Assembly (NCBI RefSeq): GCF_028368995.1
Contig: NZ_JAQNDL010000002.1
Span: 1,568,001 to 1,632,000, forward strand
Length of the DNA stretch: 64,000 nt
Direction of reading: 5' to 3'
From: Nannocystis bainbridge
GTDB taxonomy: Bacteria; Myxococcota_A; Polyangia; Nannocystales; Nannocystaceae
Positions 50,574 through 64,000 of this stretch are shown piece by piece. Every line of letters starts with the position of its first letter. Position 1 is the first letter of the stretch. The notes beneath the pieces are model-generated. The model made no database searches. It was not told the DNA's origin and saw nothing but the letters and a program-made list of their open reading frames with translations. Position numbers and translations under genes: made by a program.

Positions 50574-51149
50574 ATGTCCACCCGCCTTCGCGTGCTTGCG
50601 ACCGGCCTCGGCCTCGGCCTCGTCGCCTGCAGTTCCAACCGCGTCACCGTCGGCGGCGGGCCCAGCTATCGCTACCCGCACCAGGAGGCCTACGGGCGGA
50701 CGATGACCTGCCCCGACGTGCGCCTGCCGCCCCTGCGCGACGGCAACGTCTCGCCGGACGCCGCCCGCTGTTCGTACTCGGACGCCCAGGGATCGCGCGT
50801 CGTGCACGTCGGCGGCAAGGTCCTGACCGAGGCCGACGACCCCGCCGAGCCCGGCATCGGCGTCGCCGACGTCGAGGTCGGCATCCACCGCCTCGCCGGC
50901 GTCTCGCTCAACCTCGACAACCCGGGCACGAAGATCGCCCACGCGCGCACCGACGCCCAGGGCCGCTACAGCGTCTCCGGCACCTTCCCGCCCGGCAATT
51001 ATGCCGCCATCGCCCGTCAGCCGCAGGACCAGCGCTTCCTCGCCTACCGCATGTTCGTCGTCGCCGAGTCCGCGATCGGCCGCATCGACGGGGTGATGAT
51101 CACCATCCCGCTCGACCAGCGCCTGGGCCCGAGCGCCCCGGCGCCGTGA
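50574..51149 (+). CDS. Putative lipoprotein with carboxypeptidase-regulatory-like beta domain
   Basis: LVAC lipobox; ARTDAQGRY...PPGNY. Confidence 0.7.
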   Translation: MSTRLRVLATGLGLGLVACSSNRVTVGGGPSYRYPHQEAYGRTMTCPDVRLPPLRDGNVSPDAARCSYSDAQGSRVVHVGGKVLTEADDPAEPGIGVADVEVGIHRLAGVSLNLDNPGTKIAHARTDAQGRYSVSGTFPPGNYAAIARQPQDQRFLAYRMFVVAESAIGRIDGVMITIPLDQRLGPSAPAP

Positions 51150-51584
51150 CAGCGAGGCTGTCTCTCGGGACATGACCCCGAGACCAGCTCCGGTGCCGCG
51201 AGCCAGGCCCCGCGGCGCGCCGTCCTCCCCTGCCTCTTCCGACATGTCCGATGCGCCAGCCCAGGGTCCGGTCGCCCGCGGCGCCCAGATAAACAGTCCC
51301 TTTGGACATGTCTGATCCGCCAGGTCAGGGCCAGGTGCGGGCCCCCGAGCGCCCCGGGGATCTTCGCCCTGGCGCCCGCGGTCGTGGTCGTGCTCGCTCG
51401 CCGCGGTCGCGCGTGCAGCCCCCGCCGTCCGCGGGTCTCGCGCTCGCCCACCCTGCGGCAAGGGCAGGTTCGCGGGCGACGACCCCTCCGCTCCCCGGCG
51501 CGCCGAGGGTGATTTGCCGTCGTGCGTGACGACGCCCGCCCCTGCCGGCGGCAGTCCGCGCCCCGATGGTGCTACAACCTCCGG

Positions 51585-52331
51585 GTGACGGAACGCGGAT
51601 CCGACCCCGGCAGCCCCGGCCTCGCGGCAGCAAGCGACACGGCGCTCGCCGAGCTCGCGCAGCGGTCCGCGGCGCTCGAGGGTCAGCCTGCCGAGTCCAT
51701 CCTCGCCTGGGTGTTCGAGCGCTGGGCCGGCCTGCGGATCGGCCTCAGCTCCGCCTTTGGGCCCGAGGGGTGCGCCCTCATCCACCTCGCGCGCGCCGTC
51801 CGTCCCGACGTCCCGATCTACACCATCGACACCGGCTACCTGTTCGCCGAGACCCTCGCCGTGCGCGAGGCCTTCCGGGCCCAGGGCGCCGACATCCGCG
51901 TCGTCGAGCCGCTCGTCACCCTCCGCGCCCAGGCCGAGCGGCACGGCCCCGACCTGTTCGCCCGCGATCCCGACGCTTGTTGCGAGATCCGCAAGGTCGA
52001 GCCCATGCGCCGCGTCCTCGACCGGCTCGACGTCTGGATCACCGCCATCCGCCGCGACCAGGCCAGCACCCGCGCCGGCACCCCGATCCTCGGCACCGCG
52101 CGGCGGGCCGACGGCGGCCTGGTCATCAAGGTCGCGCCGCTGGTCGCGTGGACGCGCAAGGACACCTGGCGCTACCTCCTCGACCACGACGTCCCCTACA
52201 ACCCGCTGCTCGACGCCGGCTACACCAGCATCGGCTGCGAGCCGTGCACCGCCCGCCCGCCGGGCGACGACGAGCGCGGCGGCCGGTGGTCGGGCACCGG
52301 CAAGACCGAGTGCGGGATCCACCACCTCTGA
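51585..52331 (+). CDS. cysH: (Phospho)adenylyl-sulfate reductase, Fe-S type
   Basis: IDTGYLF, CCEIRKVEP, GYTSIGCEPCT, ERGGRW, KTECGIH. Confidence 0.92.
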   Translation: MTERGSDPGSPGLAAASDTALAELAQRSAALEGQPAESILAWVFERWAGLRIGLSSAFGPEGCALIHLARAVRPDVPIYTIDTGYLFAETLAVREAFRAQGADIRVVEPLVTLRAQAERHGPDLFARDPDACCEIRKVEPMRRVLDRLDVWITAIRRDQASTRAGTPILGTARRADGGLVIKVAPLVAWTRKDTWRYLLDHDVPYNPLLDAGYTSIGCEPCTARPPGDDERGGRWSGTGKTECGIHHL

Positions 52332-52423
52332 CCCTGTCCTTCGGGGCATGCCCCTTCGAACCTGTCCCTGGCGACCTGTCCGAACGAACCTGTCCTTGAT
52401 CACCTGCCCTTGAGGACCTGTCC
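52330..52423. repeat. 14-bp unit array (CCTG-junction variant) filling the cysH-metallophosphoesterase gap
   Basis: Junctions at 52333, 52347, 52361, 52375, 52389, 52403, 52417. Confidence 0.9.
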
Positions 52424-52425
52424 TT

Positions 52426-53322
52426 ATGCCCCTGCGCTTCGTCCACTGCTCCGACATCCACCTGCTCGAGCTGGCGGGCAACACCCCGCAGCGGTTCTTC
52501 AACAAGCGGCTGACGGGCGGCGTCAATTTGCTGCTCAACCGCAGCCGCAAGTACAGCGGCAGCATGTTCCAGGGGATCGTCGCCGCGGCCCAGGCGCACG
52601 GGGCCGAGCGGCTGGTGATCACCGGCGACCTGACCAACCTCGCGCTCCAGTCCGAGTTCGAGCACGTCCAGCGGGCCCTCGAGGCCGTGCCGATGCCGGT
52701 CACCGTCATCCCCGGCAACCATGACGCCTACACCCGCGGGTCGGTCCGCTCGCGCCGGTTCGAGCACTACATGTCCGCGTTCATGGAGGGCGAGCGCGAG
52801 CCCGACACCGACTACCCGTTCGTCCAGCGCCTCGGCGACGTGGCCCTGATCGGCCTGTCGACCGCGATCCCCTCGCTGCCGCTCTACGCCGTCGGCCGCG
52901 TCGGCGACGAGCAGCTGGCCCGGCTCGGCCGGTTCCTGGCCAAGCTGGGCGCCGAGGGCCTGGCGCGGGTGGTCCTCATCCATCACCCGGTGGTCCGCGG
53001 CGTGGCCAAGCCGCGCCACGATCTGCTCGACCTCGACGCCTTCGGGCGGGTGATCGCCGAGCACGGGGCGGAGCTGATCCTCCACGGCCACGAGCACCGG
53101 CGCATCGAGGGCGCGCTGCCCGGCCCCGGCGGCGTGGCGGTCCCGGTCCACGGCGTCGGCTCCGGCACCTATCTGTCACAAAAGCCAGGTCGTCACGGCG
53201 CCTACGTCCTTTACACCGTTCGACCGGGTCGCGTCACCCGCACGTACCACCGCTGGGACGGCCGCGATTTCGTCGCCGACGAGCCGGACGGCCCGGTGCT
53301 CGCCGGAACCGGCTCGCACTGA
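52426..53322 (+). CDS. Metallophosphoesterase (calcineurin-like)
   Basis: SDIH, TGDLTN, PGNHD, IHHP, LHGHEH. Confidence 0.9.
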   Translation: MPLRFVHCSDIHLLELAGNTPQRFFNKRLTGGVNLLLNRSRKYSGSMFQGIVAAAQAHGAERLVITGDLTNLALQSEFEHVQRALEAVPMPVTVIPGNHDAYTRGSVRSRRFEHYMSAFMEGEREPDTDYPFVQRLGDVALIGLSTAIPSLPLYAVGRVGDEQLARLGRFLAKLGAEGLARVVLIHHPVVRGVAKPRHDLLDLDAFGRVIAEHGAELILHGHEHRRIEGALPGPGGVAVPVHGVGSGTYLSQKPGRHGAYVLYTVRPGRVTRTYHRWDGRDFVADEPDGPVLAGTGSH

Positions 53323-53350
53323 CCGCGAACATCGTCTACATTCCCGGGCC

Positions 53351-55159
<1,809 letters not shown>

Positions 55160-55162
55160 GCC

Positions 55163-56869
<1,707 letters not shown>

Positions 56870-56872
56870 GCG

Positions 56873-57059
56873 GTAGGTGTCCGTTCGGACATGCCCTTGG
56901 CGGCATGTCCGAAGCGCCCTGTCGCTTCGGACATGCGCCTTCGAGCATGTCCCTCGATACACCTCACCGGCGCGCCTCGGCATGTCCTTCGACATATGCG
57001 CTGCCGCCCCGCACGCTGTCTTCGCCGCAGTGATCGCGCATGTCCTTCGAGACATGCGC
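56873..57059. repeat. Compound 14-bp palindromic-unit array between convergent genes
   Basis: Junctions at 56876, 56890, 56904, 56918, 56932, 56946, 56960; then 56981, 56995; then 57039, 57053. Confidence 0.9.
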
Positions 57060-57067
57060 GCCGGCGA

Positions 57068-57907
57068 TCAGAAGCGGTAGCGCAGCACCCGGTGCATCCG
57101 GGCGATCCGCGGCCGCTTGGCCGCCCACGCCAGCACCTTGCCCTTGAGCCAGCCGAGCTTGGCGACGTCGGGCGAGCCGATCAGCGGCCACTCGTCCATC
57201 AGCTCGAGGCCGAACACGTGGCTCTCGAGCTCGTGCGGATCGTCGAGGCCCCACACCAGCTGCGCCCCGGTCTTGCGCAGGCTGCTGTGCAGGCCCTGGC
57301 TCCGCAGCGCGCGCGGGCTGAGGGCGTCGAACAGCACCTGACCCTCGGGGAAGCGGACCACGATCCGGCGCAGCAGGTCCTCGACCTCGGCCGCGCTCAG
57401 GTACGGCAGCAGCCCCTCGGCGACCACCAGGGTCGGTCGGTCGTCGGCGATCTGGCCCAACCACGTCGGCTCGGTGACCGAAACGCCGATCATCTCGACG
57501 TGCGGCTGCTCGGGGTAGAGCCGGCGGCGCGCCGCGATCACTTCGGGCAGGTCGACCTCGAACCACCGCACCGTCGGCGGCGGCGCGACCCGGATCACCC
57601 GGCTGTCGAGGCCGCAGCCGAGGTGCAGCACCGTCGCGTCCGGGTGGGCCTCCAGGTACTCGCGCGTCCACGCGTCGAGCTGCTTGGCCCGCACCGACGT
57701 GGTGAAGCGGTCGCCCTGGGCCGACTTCAGGCGCGCGAAGTCGTACGCGATGCTTTCCACCAACCGCTCCGCCGTCTCGTCGCGGAGGATCGGATCGGGC
57801 GAGCGGCTCTCGAGCGCGCGCGCATGGAGGGTGATGAGCAGCGTCTCCTGCACCCCCGAGAGCTCGATCTTCTCGGCGTTGGGCTGCGTCGCGGCCGGCG
57901 GTATCAT
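57068..57907 (-). CDS. Class I SAM-dependent methyltransferase (LCM/TcmP-like)
   Basis: VQETLLITLHARA, VLHLGCGLDSR, WFEVDLPEVI, AEGLLPYL. Confidence 0.9.
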   Translation of the reverse strand: MIPPAATQPNAEKIELSGVQETLLITLHARALESRSPDPILRDETAERLVESIAYDFARLKSAQGDRFTTSVRAKQLDAWTREYLEAHPDATVLHLGCGLDSRVIRVAPPPTVRWFEVDLPEVIAARRRLYPEQPHVEMIGVSVTEPTWLGQIADDRPTLVVAEGLLPYLSAAEVEDLLRRIVVRFPEGQVLFDALSPRALRSQGLHSSLRKTGAQLVWGLDDPHELESHVFGLELMDEWPLIGSPDVAKLGWLKGKVLAWAAKRPRIARMHRVLRYRF

Positions 57908-57915
57908 GGCCGGCG

Positions 57916-60138
57916 ATGATAGCCTTGGCTTGTTGTTCGCGCCGTAAGGCGTCCCTCACACTGCTTTTGACGGTGATTTCACGGGGGGCGGCGGCCGCAC
58001 CTGGCAGCCCGACCCGAACCGGGCTGTGCCGGATGATGGTGGCGGCGTCGCGCAGAAGCTCGAACTCGTCGACATCGACGGCGACGGCTTCGTCGATCTC
58101 GCGGTCGCCAACAGCCGCGGCGACGCGCTCGGCAGCGACCTCGACGCGCAACCGAACGCCCTCGTGCACAACGAAGGCGGGCTCGGCTTCTCGCCGATGC
58201 CCGGCGCGTTTGACGAGCCCGACAACGCCTACGTGATCAAGGCCGGCGACCTGAACGGCGACGGCAAGCCCGACCTCGTGGTCGGCGTCGCCTACGGCGG
58301 CCCCAGCTATGTGCTCTTCAATTTCGAGGGCGCGTTCATTCGCCGTCCACCCCGTGCCCGCGCTGGCCAACAAGCAGATCAACAGCGCCTTCACCGTCCT
58401 CGATCTCGAGGCCGACGGCGACCTCGATCTCGTCACCTTGCAGGACGGCTTCGGCGGCGGTCGCAACACCGTGCTCGTCGGCGACGGCAGCGGCGGCTTC
58501 GTCGACAACCCGGGCGCCTACTGGGCCTTCGTCGACAATCCGCCGCGCCTCGACTTCGACGCCGACAGCCTCGACTTCGACAACGACGGCACCCCTGATG
58601 TCGTCGTGCTCGGCCCGCAGCAGAACCCCGGCGAGGTCCACGCTCGCCTGCTGCGCAACGACGGCAGCTCGCTGGTCCCGACCGCCCCCGACGGCGCCGC
58701 GTTCACGCCGGGCCCCGAGCTCGCCGCCAGCTTCGGCGTCGCCGTCGCCGACTTCGATCACGACCTCCGGCCCGACCTCGCGGTCGCCGTGCGCGACCCC
58801 GAGGCCACCAACGCCGTCCTGTTCGCCGGCCCCGACGTGCCCGAAGACATCACGCCGCCGCGGGTCGGCATGCTCGCTCCGCTGCCTGACGTCGTCGAGC
58901 CCGGCAGCGAGGTGCGGGTGCGCGTCCGCGTCGACGACGGGCGCACCCCGGCGCGCTGGCACGATTTCTTTCACGACCTCGCGCTGCCGACCTACAACCT
59001 GGTCCACAGCCTCGGCATCGCCCACCTGCGGCGCCTGCCGTACGTCGAGTTCGCCTTCGATCTCGAAGATCCCGCGCTGCTCGACGCGATGCCCGACGCC
59101 GGCCCCTTCAAGCACATCGTCCCCGGCGAGTGGTACGGCGAGTCGTTGTGGCGGATCCGCTTCAGCGTGGATCCGCAGTGGAGCGTCGACCACGAGTTCT
59201 TCGTCTGGCGCGTGTGTGCCATCGACGCCGCCGGCTCTCGCGGCTGCAGCGCGGCCGCGCAGGCGACCCTCGCCGACGCGCCGGTGAACGAGTGCGGCAA
59301 CGGCGTGCTCGATCGCGGCGAGGCGTGCGACGACGCCCTCGATCCGCTGTGCGACGGTTGCAAGCTGACCTGCGGCGACGGCCTGTGCATCGCCCCCGAG
59401 GACCCCGGCAACTGCCCCGAAGATTGCCCCGGCTGCGACGACGACGGCACCTGCGAGCCCGGCGAGGACGCGACCTGCTGCGACTGCATGAACTGCGGCG
59501 TGTGTGGCGACGGCGTCTGTCAGACGAACCTCGAGACCGCGATCGACTGCGCCGAGGACTGCAGCGCCTGCGGCGACGGCATCTGCGACACCCTGGAGGA
59601 CGGGACCACCTGCGCCCTCGACTGCTTCGTGTGCGGCGACGGCATCTGCCAGGGCGCCGAGTCGCTCGACGACTGCCCGTGGGACTGCTCGATCTGCGGC
59701 GACTGCGTGTGCCACGGCAACGAGGACCCCGACAACTGCTGGTTCGACTGCGGCGAAGGTTGCGGCGAGCCGACCCACGGCGCCTGGTGCGGCGACAACT
59801 TCTGCGAACCGTCGGAGATGGGCTCGTGCATCGAGGACTGCGGCGCTTGCGGCGACGGGGTCTGCAACCCCGGCGAGCGCGATGCTTGCCCCGAGGACTG
59901 CGGCGTGTGCGGCGACTGCGTCTGCGACCCCGCCGAGACGCCTGGCCTCTGCCCGGAGGACTGCACCGGCATGTGCGGCGGCGACGGCTCGGCCACCACC
60001 GGCCCCGAACCCGACGCGGTCGACGACGGCCTGGCCTGCAGCTGCCGCGACACGCCCTCCGGCGCCGGCGGCCTGGCGTTCGGCCTCACGCTCTTGCTCG
60101 CCCGCCGGCGCCGAGGTGATCGTTCGGACATGTCGTGA
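57916..60138 (+). pseudogene. FG-GAP + Cys-rich repeat + MYXO-CTERM-like protein, split by apparent frameshifts
   Basis: Signal-like segment in the 57916 frame, DIDGDG/DLNGDG repeats in the 58026 frame, continuation in the 58309 frame through CGDG repeats to LACSC...LLLARRRR. Confidence 0.65.
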
Positions 60139-60177
60139 GGGACATGTCCGTTTCGCCATGAACGATCGTGCCTGGTC
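60126..60177. repeat. 14-bp palindromic-unit array at a gene end
   Basis: Junctions at 60129, 60143, 60157, 60171. Confidence 0.85.
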
Positions 60178-60226
60178 GGGTCGCTGGCGCAGCGACGGTT
60201 CGGCCGATGTGGTATGCTCTTCGGCG

Positions 60227-61111
60227 ATGACCAGGAAGCTCGCGTTGCTGGGAGTGCTGGTGTCCGGTTGCGGCGGCGCCGCGGCGACGACCGACGATGC
60301 GACGAGTGCGTCCTCGACCGCGACGGGCTCGACCTCCTCGACCTCGACCGCCAACACCCCGACGTCCGCGAGCACGACGGAGGACTCGACCGCGCCGACC
60401 GCCGGCGATTCGATGAACTTCGCGGTGGGGCTCGATCTCCCCCAGCCTGGTGTCGCCTGCGATCCGTGGCAGGACGACTGCCCCGCCGGTCTCAAGTGCA
60501 AGCCGTACGCGGAGGGCCTCGGCCCGTGGACCGACGCCAGCTGCGTCCCGATCGCCGACCCGTCGACGCCGACTGGCGAGGCCTGCCTGGAGGCCGAGTG
60601 GTCGGTGGTCGACACCTGCGAGCGCGGCGCGGTGTGCCACGGGTACCTCGGCGACCAGGAGGAGGGCCGACGCTGCCAGGAGGTGTGTGCCGGCTCGCCC
60701 GCCGATCCGAGCTGTTCTGACGCATGCTCGTTCTGCACGATGAACGGCACGGTCGCCGGCGTGTGCATGCTGCGCTGCGATCCGCGGAGCCCGAGCTGTC
60801 CCGCAGGTCAGCGGTGCCTCATCGAGCCGACGCTGCCGCGCTTCGCCTGCGGGCCCGGCGGGGAGCTGAGCGCTGCCGGCGAGCCCTGCGTGTCCCCGGA
60901 TTACTGCAAAGAGGGCACCGCCTGCGTCGACGCGGCGCTGGTACCGGGCTGCGTCGAGGCGCAGTGCTGCGCGCCGGTCTGCGACCTCGCGGGCGCCGAC
61001 GCGTGCCCGACCGCGCTGCCCGGCACGACCTGCGCACCCTGGCCGGTGAGCGGCCCGGAGTTCGAGGGCGAGTGCCTGCCGCCGGACCTGGGCCTGTGCT
61101 CGGCGATGTAG
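60227..61111 (+). CDS. Cys-rich myxobacterial lipoprotein
   Basis: LVSGC lipobox, Thr/Ser linker, CDPWQDDCPAGLKCKPYA...CCAPVCD. Confidence 0.82.
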   Translation: MTRKLALLGVLVSGCGGAAATTDDATSASSTATGSTSSTSTANTPTSASTTEDSTAPTAGDSMNFAVGLDLPQPGVACDPWQDDCPAGLKCKPYAEGLGPWTDASCVPIADPSTPTGEACLEAEWSVVDTCERGAVCHGYLGDQEEGRRCQEVCAGSPADPSCSDACSFCTMNGTVAGVCMLRCDPRSPSCPAGQRCLIEPTLPRFACGPGGELSAAGEPCVSPDYCKEGTACVDAALVPGCVEAQCCAPVCDLAGADACPTALPGTTCAPWPVSGPEFEGECLPPDLGLCSAM

Positions 61112-61149
61112 CCCGCGCTCCCGCGACCCGCGGCCGCGCCGCTCGAGAC

Positions 61150-61229
61150 TCTCATGTCGGTAAGGACATGTCCCACGGAGCATGTCCTCGAGCACAGGCT
61201 CCAAAGAACATGTCCTTCCGTACAGCGCC
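61150..61229. repeat. 14-bp palindromic-unit array between convergent genes
   Basis: Junctions at 61153, 61167, 61181, 61195, 61209, 61223. Confidence 0.9.
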
Positions 61230-61263
61230 CTCGGTCGAGCTCACGCACCGCCTACGCGCCGCC

Positions 61264-62433
61264 TCAGAAGCGCACCACCAGCCCGCCCGCCCGCGCCTGC
61301 ACGCGGGTGCGGCCGCGGACCGCCCCGGCGATCAGCGCCGCCACGCCGGCCGTCAATAACGCGCCGGTCAGAATCCCGCCGACCAGCGCCATCCGGTTGG
61401 CGCGCAGGCCCTCCGCCACCAGCTCGGTCTTGGCCCGCTCACGGGCCGCGTCGCTGCCGCACGGATCGAGCGGGTCGTCGCCCTGGCACGGCCGGGCCGT
61501 CACGTCCTTCAGGTCCGCGTCCGCGGCGCGACCGGTCAGCCCGCCGGCCAGCGCCACCACCCCGGCGACCACCGCCGCCCCGCCGAGCCCGGCCGCCGCC
61601 AGGCCGGCCTTGCGGTCGAAGCCGCGGCGCGCCGCAGCGAAACGCGGCGGTGGGCGCGGGCCCTCCGGCGCGGCTGAACTTTGGTACATGGCCGAAAGTT
61701 CAGCCCGTCGCCCCTCGACGCCGACGCGGTTCTCGTCGTCGGTCGGGTCGAGCCCCCCGAGGTAAGCGTCGAGCGCCGCGATCCCGGCGTGCAGCCGCGC
61801 CGGATCGCCCGACTCGCGGAACGCCGCCTCCTCCGCGTCCGCGATCGCCAGGGCCGCGGTCGCGCGCCGCGGCGCGTGGCCGAACCCGCCCGGCAGCGCG
61901 AGGAACGCCCGCCGCCACAGCGCGATCGCCCCGTCGCGATCACCAGCGGCCAGCCGGGCCTGGGCCGCCGCCGACAGCGCCGCCGCCTCGTCGACCCCGT
62001 CCTGCCCCGCTCGCGGCGCGGCGCTGGCGACCCCGGCGGCCTCGTCGACCCCGGCCCGCGGGGAGGTCCCGGCGTCGCTCGCTCCCTGCCCCGTCGCGGG
62101 CGCCGCGGCGCCGCTGGATGTCTCTGGAGACATGTCCGAAGGGACCTGCGCCGCCCCCTGCACCGGCGCCGCCGCCACCGCCAGCCCGAGCCACGCCGCC
62201 AGCGCGCCCCGGCGGACGGACGGCGCTGCGCCGAAACGTGACCTGTCCCTCGGGACACATGAACGATCCCCCGCAGCCGCCGACGCGTGGGGTGCTTGGT
62301 CTTCCGACCTGTCTCTCCGACCAGGCGCCGGGACCCCACCCCGCCCGACCGGCCCGGTCGCGCCGCTCCGGACGGCGGCCGCGTCGGCGCGCGCGGGCGC
62401 CCGGACGACGGCAGCGGGGATCGCGGCAGGCAC
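61264..62433 (-). CDS. TPR-like membrane/secreted protein
   Basis: AGDRDGAIALWRRAF helical repeat, two C-terminal Gly-rich hydrophobic segments, ends GGLVVRF; start uncertain. Confidence 0.65.
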   Translation of the reverse strand: MPAAIPAAVVRAPARADAAAVRSGATGPVGRGGVPAPGRRDRSEDQAPHASAAAGDRSCVPRDRSRFGAAPSVRRGALAAWLGLAVAAAPVQGAAQVPSDMSPETSSGAAAPATGQGASDAGTSPRAGVDEAAGVASAAPRAGQDGVDEAAALSAAAQARLAAGDRDGAIALWRRAFLALPGGFGHAPRRATAALAIADAEEAAFRESGDPARLHAGIAALDAYLGGLDPTDDENRVGVEGRRAELSAMYQSSAAPEGPRPPPRFAAARRGFDRKAGLAAAGLGGAAVVAGVVALAGGLTGRAADADLKDVTARPCQGDDPLDPCGSDAARERAKTELVAEGLRANRMALVGGILTGALLTAGVAALIAGAVRGRTRVQARAGGLVVRF

Positions 62434-62532
62434 GTCGTTCGGATGGTAGACCAGCCCTCCTGCGGGACAAGGGCCGGCGGGCCGCGGGGCGCGTTGAAGC
62501 CCGGGGCAGTTTCCGGGATCCTGGTCGTCGCG

Positions 62533-64000
62533 GTGGCAGGCGCAAAGTCCACGGTCCGCACGGGCCGGCAGTTCTCGAGCCTCGAGCAGGCCGACACGGC
62601 CACGCCGCCCGCCTCGTCGGTGTCCGCGCCGGACGACGCGCGTCACCTCAGCCGGCTGGCCAGCGAGGCCCGGCGCGGCGACGCGCTCGCCCCCGAGCGG
62701 CTGGCGATGGAGGCGATCAAGGCCCGCCTGTTCCCCGGCGAGGTCGCGCCCGCCAAGATCGGCCGCTTTACCGTCCTGCGGCAGATCGGCGCCGGCGGCA
62801 TGAGCGTCGTCTACGCCGCCTACGACGAGCGCCTCGATCGCAGGATCGCCGTCAAGCTGCTGCGCTCCGGCGAGGCGGCCGACAACCAGGCGCGGCTGCT
62901 GCGCGAGGCGCAGGCGATGGCCCGCCTGGCCCACCCCAACGTCGTCGCCGTGCACGAGGTCGGCGCCTGGGAGAACCAGGTCTACGTCGCCATGGAGTTC
63001 GTGCGCGGGCCCAACCTGCGCGACTGGTTGCAAGCTGTCCCGCGGGACATCCGCGAGATCCGCGAGGTGTTCGTGGCCGCCGGCCGGGGCCTCGCCGCCG
63101 CCCACCACGCCGGCCTGGTCCACCGCGACTTCAAGCCGGCCAACGTGCTCGTCGGCGACGACGGCCGCGTGCGCGTCGGCGACTTCGGCCTCGTGCGTCA
63201 CGCCGGCGACGAGCCGCTCGAGCCGCCCGCGCCCGCACCTGTCCCTTCGACCAGCATCCTCAGCGCCGGCGCGCGGGTCGAGCTCTCGACCACCCTCACC
63301 CAGACCGGCGCGATCCTCGGCACGCCGGCGTACATGTCCCCCGAGCAGCACCTGGGCCGGCCCGTCGACGCCCGCAGCGACCAGTTCTCGTTCTGCGTCG
63401 CCCTCTACGAGGCCCTCTACGGCGCCCCGCCGTTCGCCGGCCGCGACCTGTTCGAGCTGGCCCGCCGCGTGCTCGCCGGCGCGGTCTCACCTGTCCCCGA
63501 GGACAGCAAGGTCCCCGCCTGGCTGCGGCGCGCGCTCGTCCGCGGCCTCGCCGTCGATCCCGCCGCGCGCTGGCCCAGCATCGACGACCTGCTCGACGAG
63601 CTCGAGCGCGATCCGGAGCGGGCCTGGCGGACCCGCCGCAGCGCCGCGCTGGTCGGCCTCGCGGTGGTCGTCGTGGTCGTCGGCCTGCTCGTCGTCGCGC
63701 GCGAGCGGGCCGACGCGGCCACGCAGGCCCAGCGGGCCGAGGCCGCCGCCGATCGCCAGCGGCGGACCGCCGAGGACGAGCGGGCCGCCGCCGAGCAGGA
63801 GCGCGACCGGGCCTTCGTCGACGCCAAGGCCCAGCTCGCCGAGGCCCAGCGGGCCCAGGCCGCCCTCAAGGACGCGCTCGCGGCCGCCGAGGCCCAGCGC
63901 CTCAACGCCGAGGCCCACGCCGCCCTGGCCGAGCACGCGCTGGGCGAGGCCGAACGGCGCCGGCGCGAGGCCGAGGGCCAGCGCAAGGAGGCCGAGCGCC
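62533..64000 (+). CDS. Hanks-type Ser/Thr protein kinase (partial, runs off the window end)
   Basis: Translated by hand: IGAGGMSVVY, IAVK, HRDFKPAN, DFGL, GTPAYMSPEQ, then TM and coiled coil. Start uncertain (62494, 62533 or 62707). Confidence 0.9.
   Translation, partial: MAGAKSTVRTGRQFSSLEQADTATPPASSVSAPDDARHLSRLASEARRGDALAPERLAMEAIKARLFPGEVAPAKIGRFTVLRQIGAGGMSVVYAAYDERLDRRIAVKLLRSGEAADNQARLLREAQAMARLAHPNVVAVHEVGAWENQVYVAMEFVRGPNLRDWLQAVPRDIREIREVFVAAGRGLAAAHHAGLVHRDFKPANVLVGDDGRVRVGDFGLVRHAGDEPLEPPAPAPVPSTSILSAGARVELSTTLTQTGAILGTPAYMSPEQHLGRPVDARSDQFSFCVALYEALYGAPPFAGRDLFELARRVLAGAVSPVPEDSKVPAWLRRALVRGLAVDPAARWPSIDDLLDELERDPERAWRTRRSAALVGLAVVVVVVGLLVVARERADAATQAQRAEAAADRQRRTAEDERAAAEQERDRAFVDAKAQLAEAQRAQAALKDALAAAEAQRLNAEAHAALAEHALGEAERRRREAEGQRKEAER

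Noticed and set aside
52330-52423. Arrays as simple clusters of a CATG methylation or restriction site
   Set aside because: Many in-phase junctions are CCTG, CAGG or GATG; the flanking TGTCC/GGACA and the 14-bp phase are what is conserved.

Overview
This is a very GC-rich window from what looks like a myxobacterial chromosome. MYXO-CTERM proteins, Myxococcales Cys-rich repeats, an ADYC protein and Ser/Thr kinases point that way; Nannocystaceae-like is my inference. The first ~4 kb is the edge of an integrated element next to tRNA-Arg(CCT). It carries a tyrosine integrase with a duplicated core-binding domain, two small genes sharing a ~65-aa repeated domain, a PP2C-like phosphatase and a partial ORF. 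The remainder mixes housekeeping genes (thrA, rlmKL, cysH, aspS, lnt, a dprE1/dprE2-like pair), an hxsD/hxsD-like/hxsB His-Xaa-Ser radical SAM cluster with no visible precursor, and many secreted or surface proteins. The most striking signal is a 14-bp palindromic unit, consensus TGTCC-N4-GGACA. It occurs singly or in degenerate head-to-tail arrays with a strict 14-bp period at more than 35 places (manual count). The longest arrays mostly sit just after stop codons or between convergent genes. Shorter ones lie inside coding sequences, including apparent in-frame insertions in rlmKL. I found none in the integrated element. All calls were made by eye from motifs; no searches were run, and start codons are best guesses.
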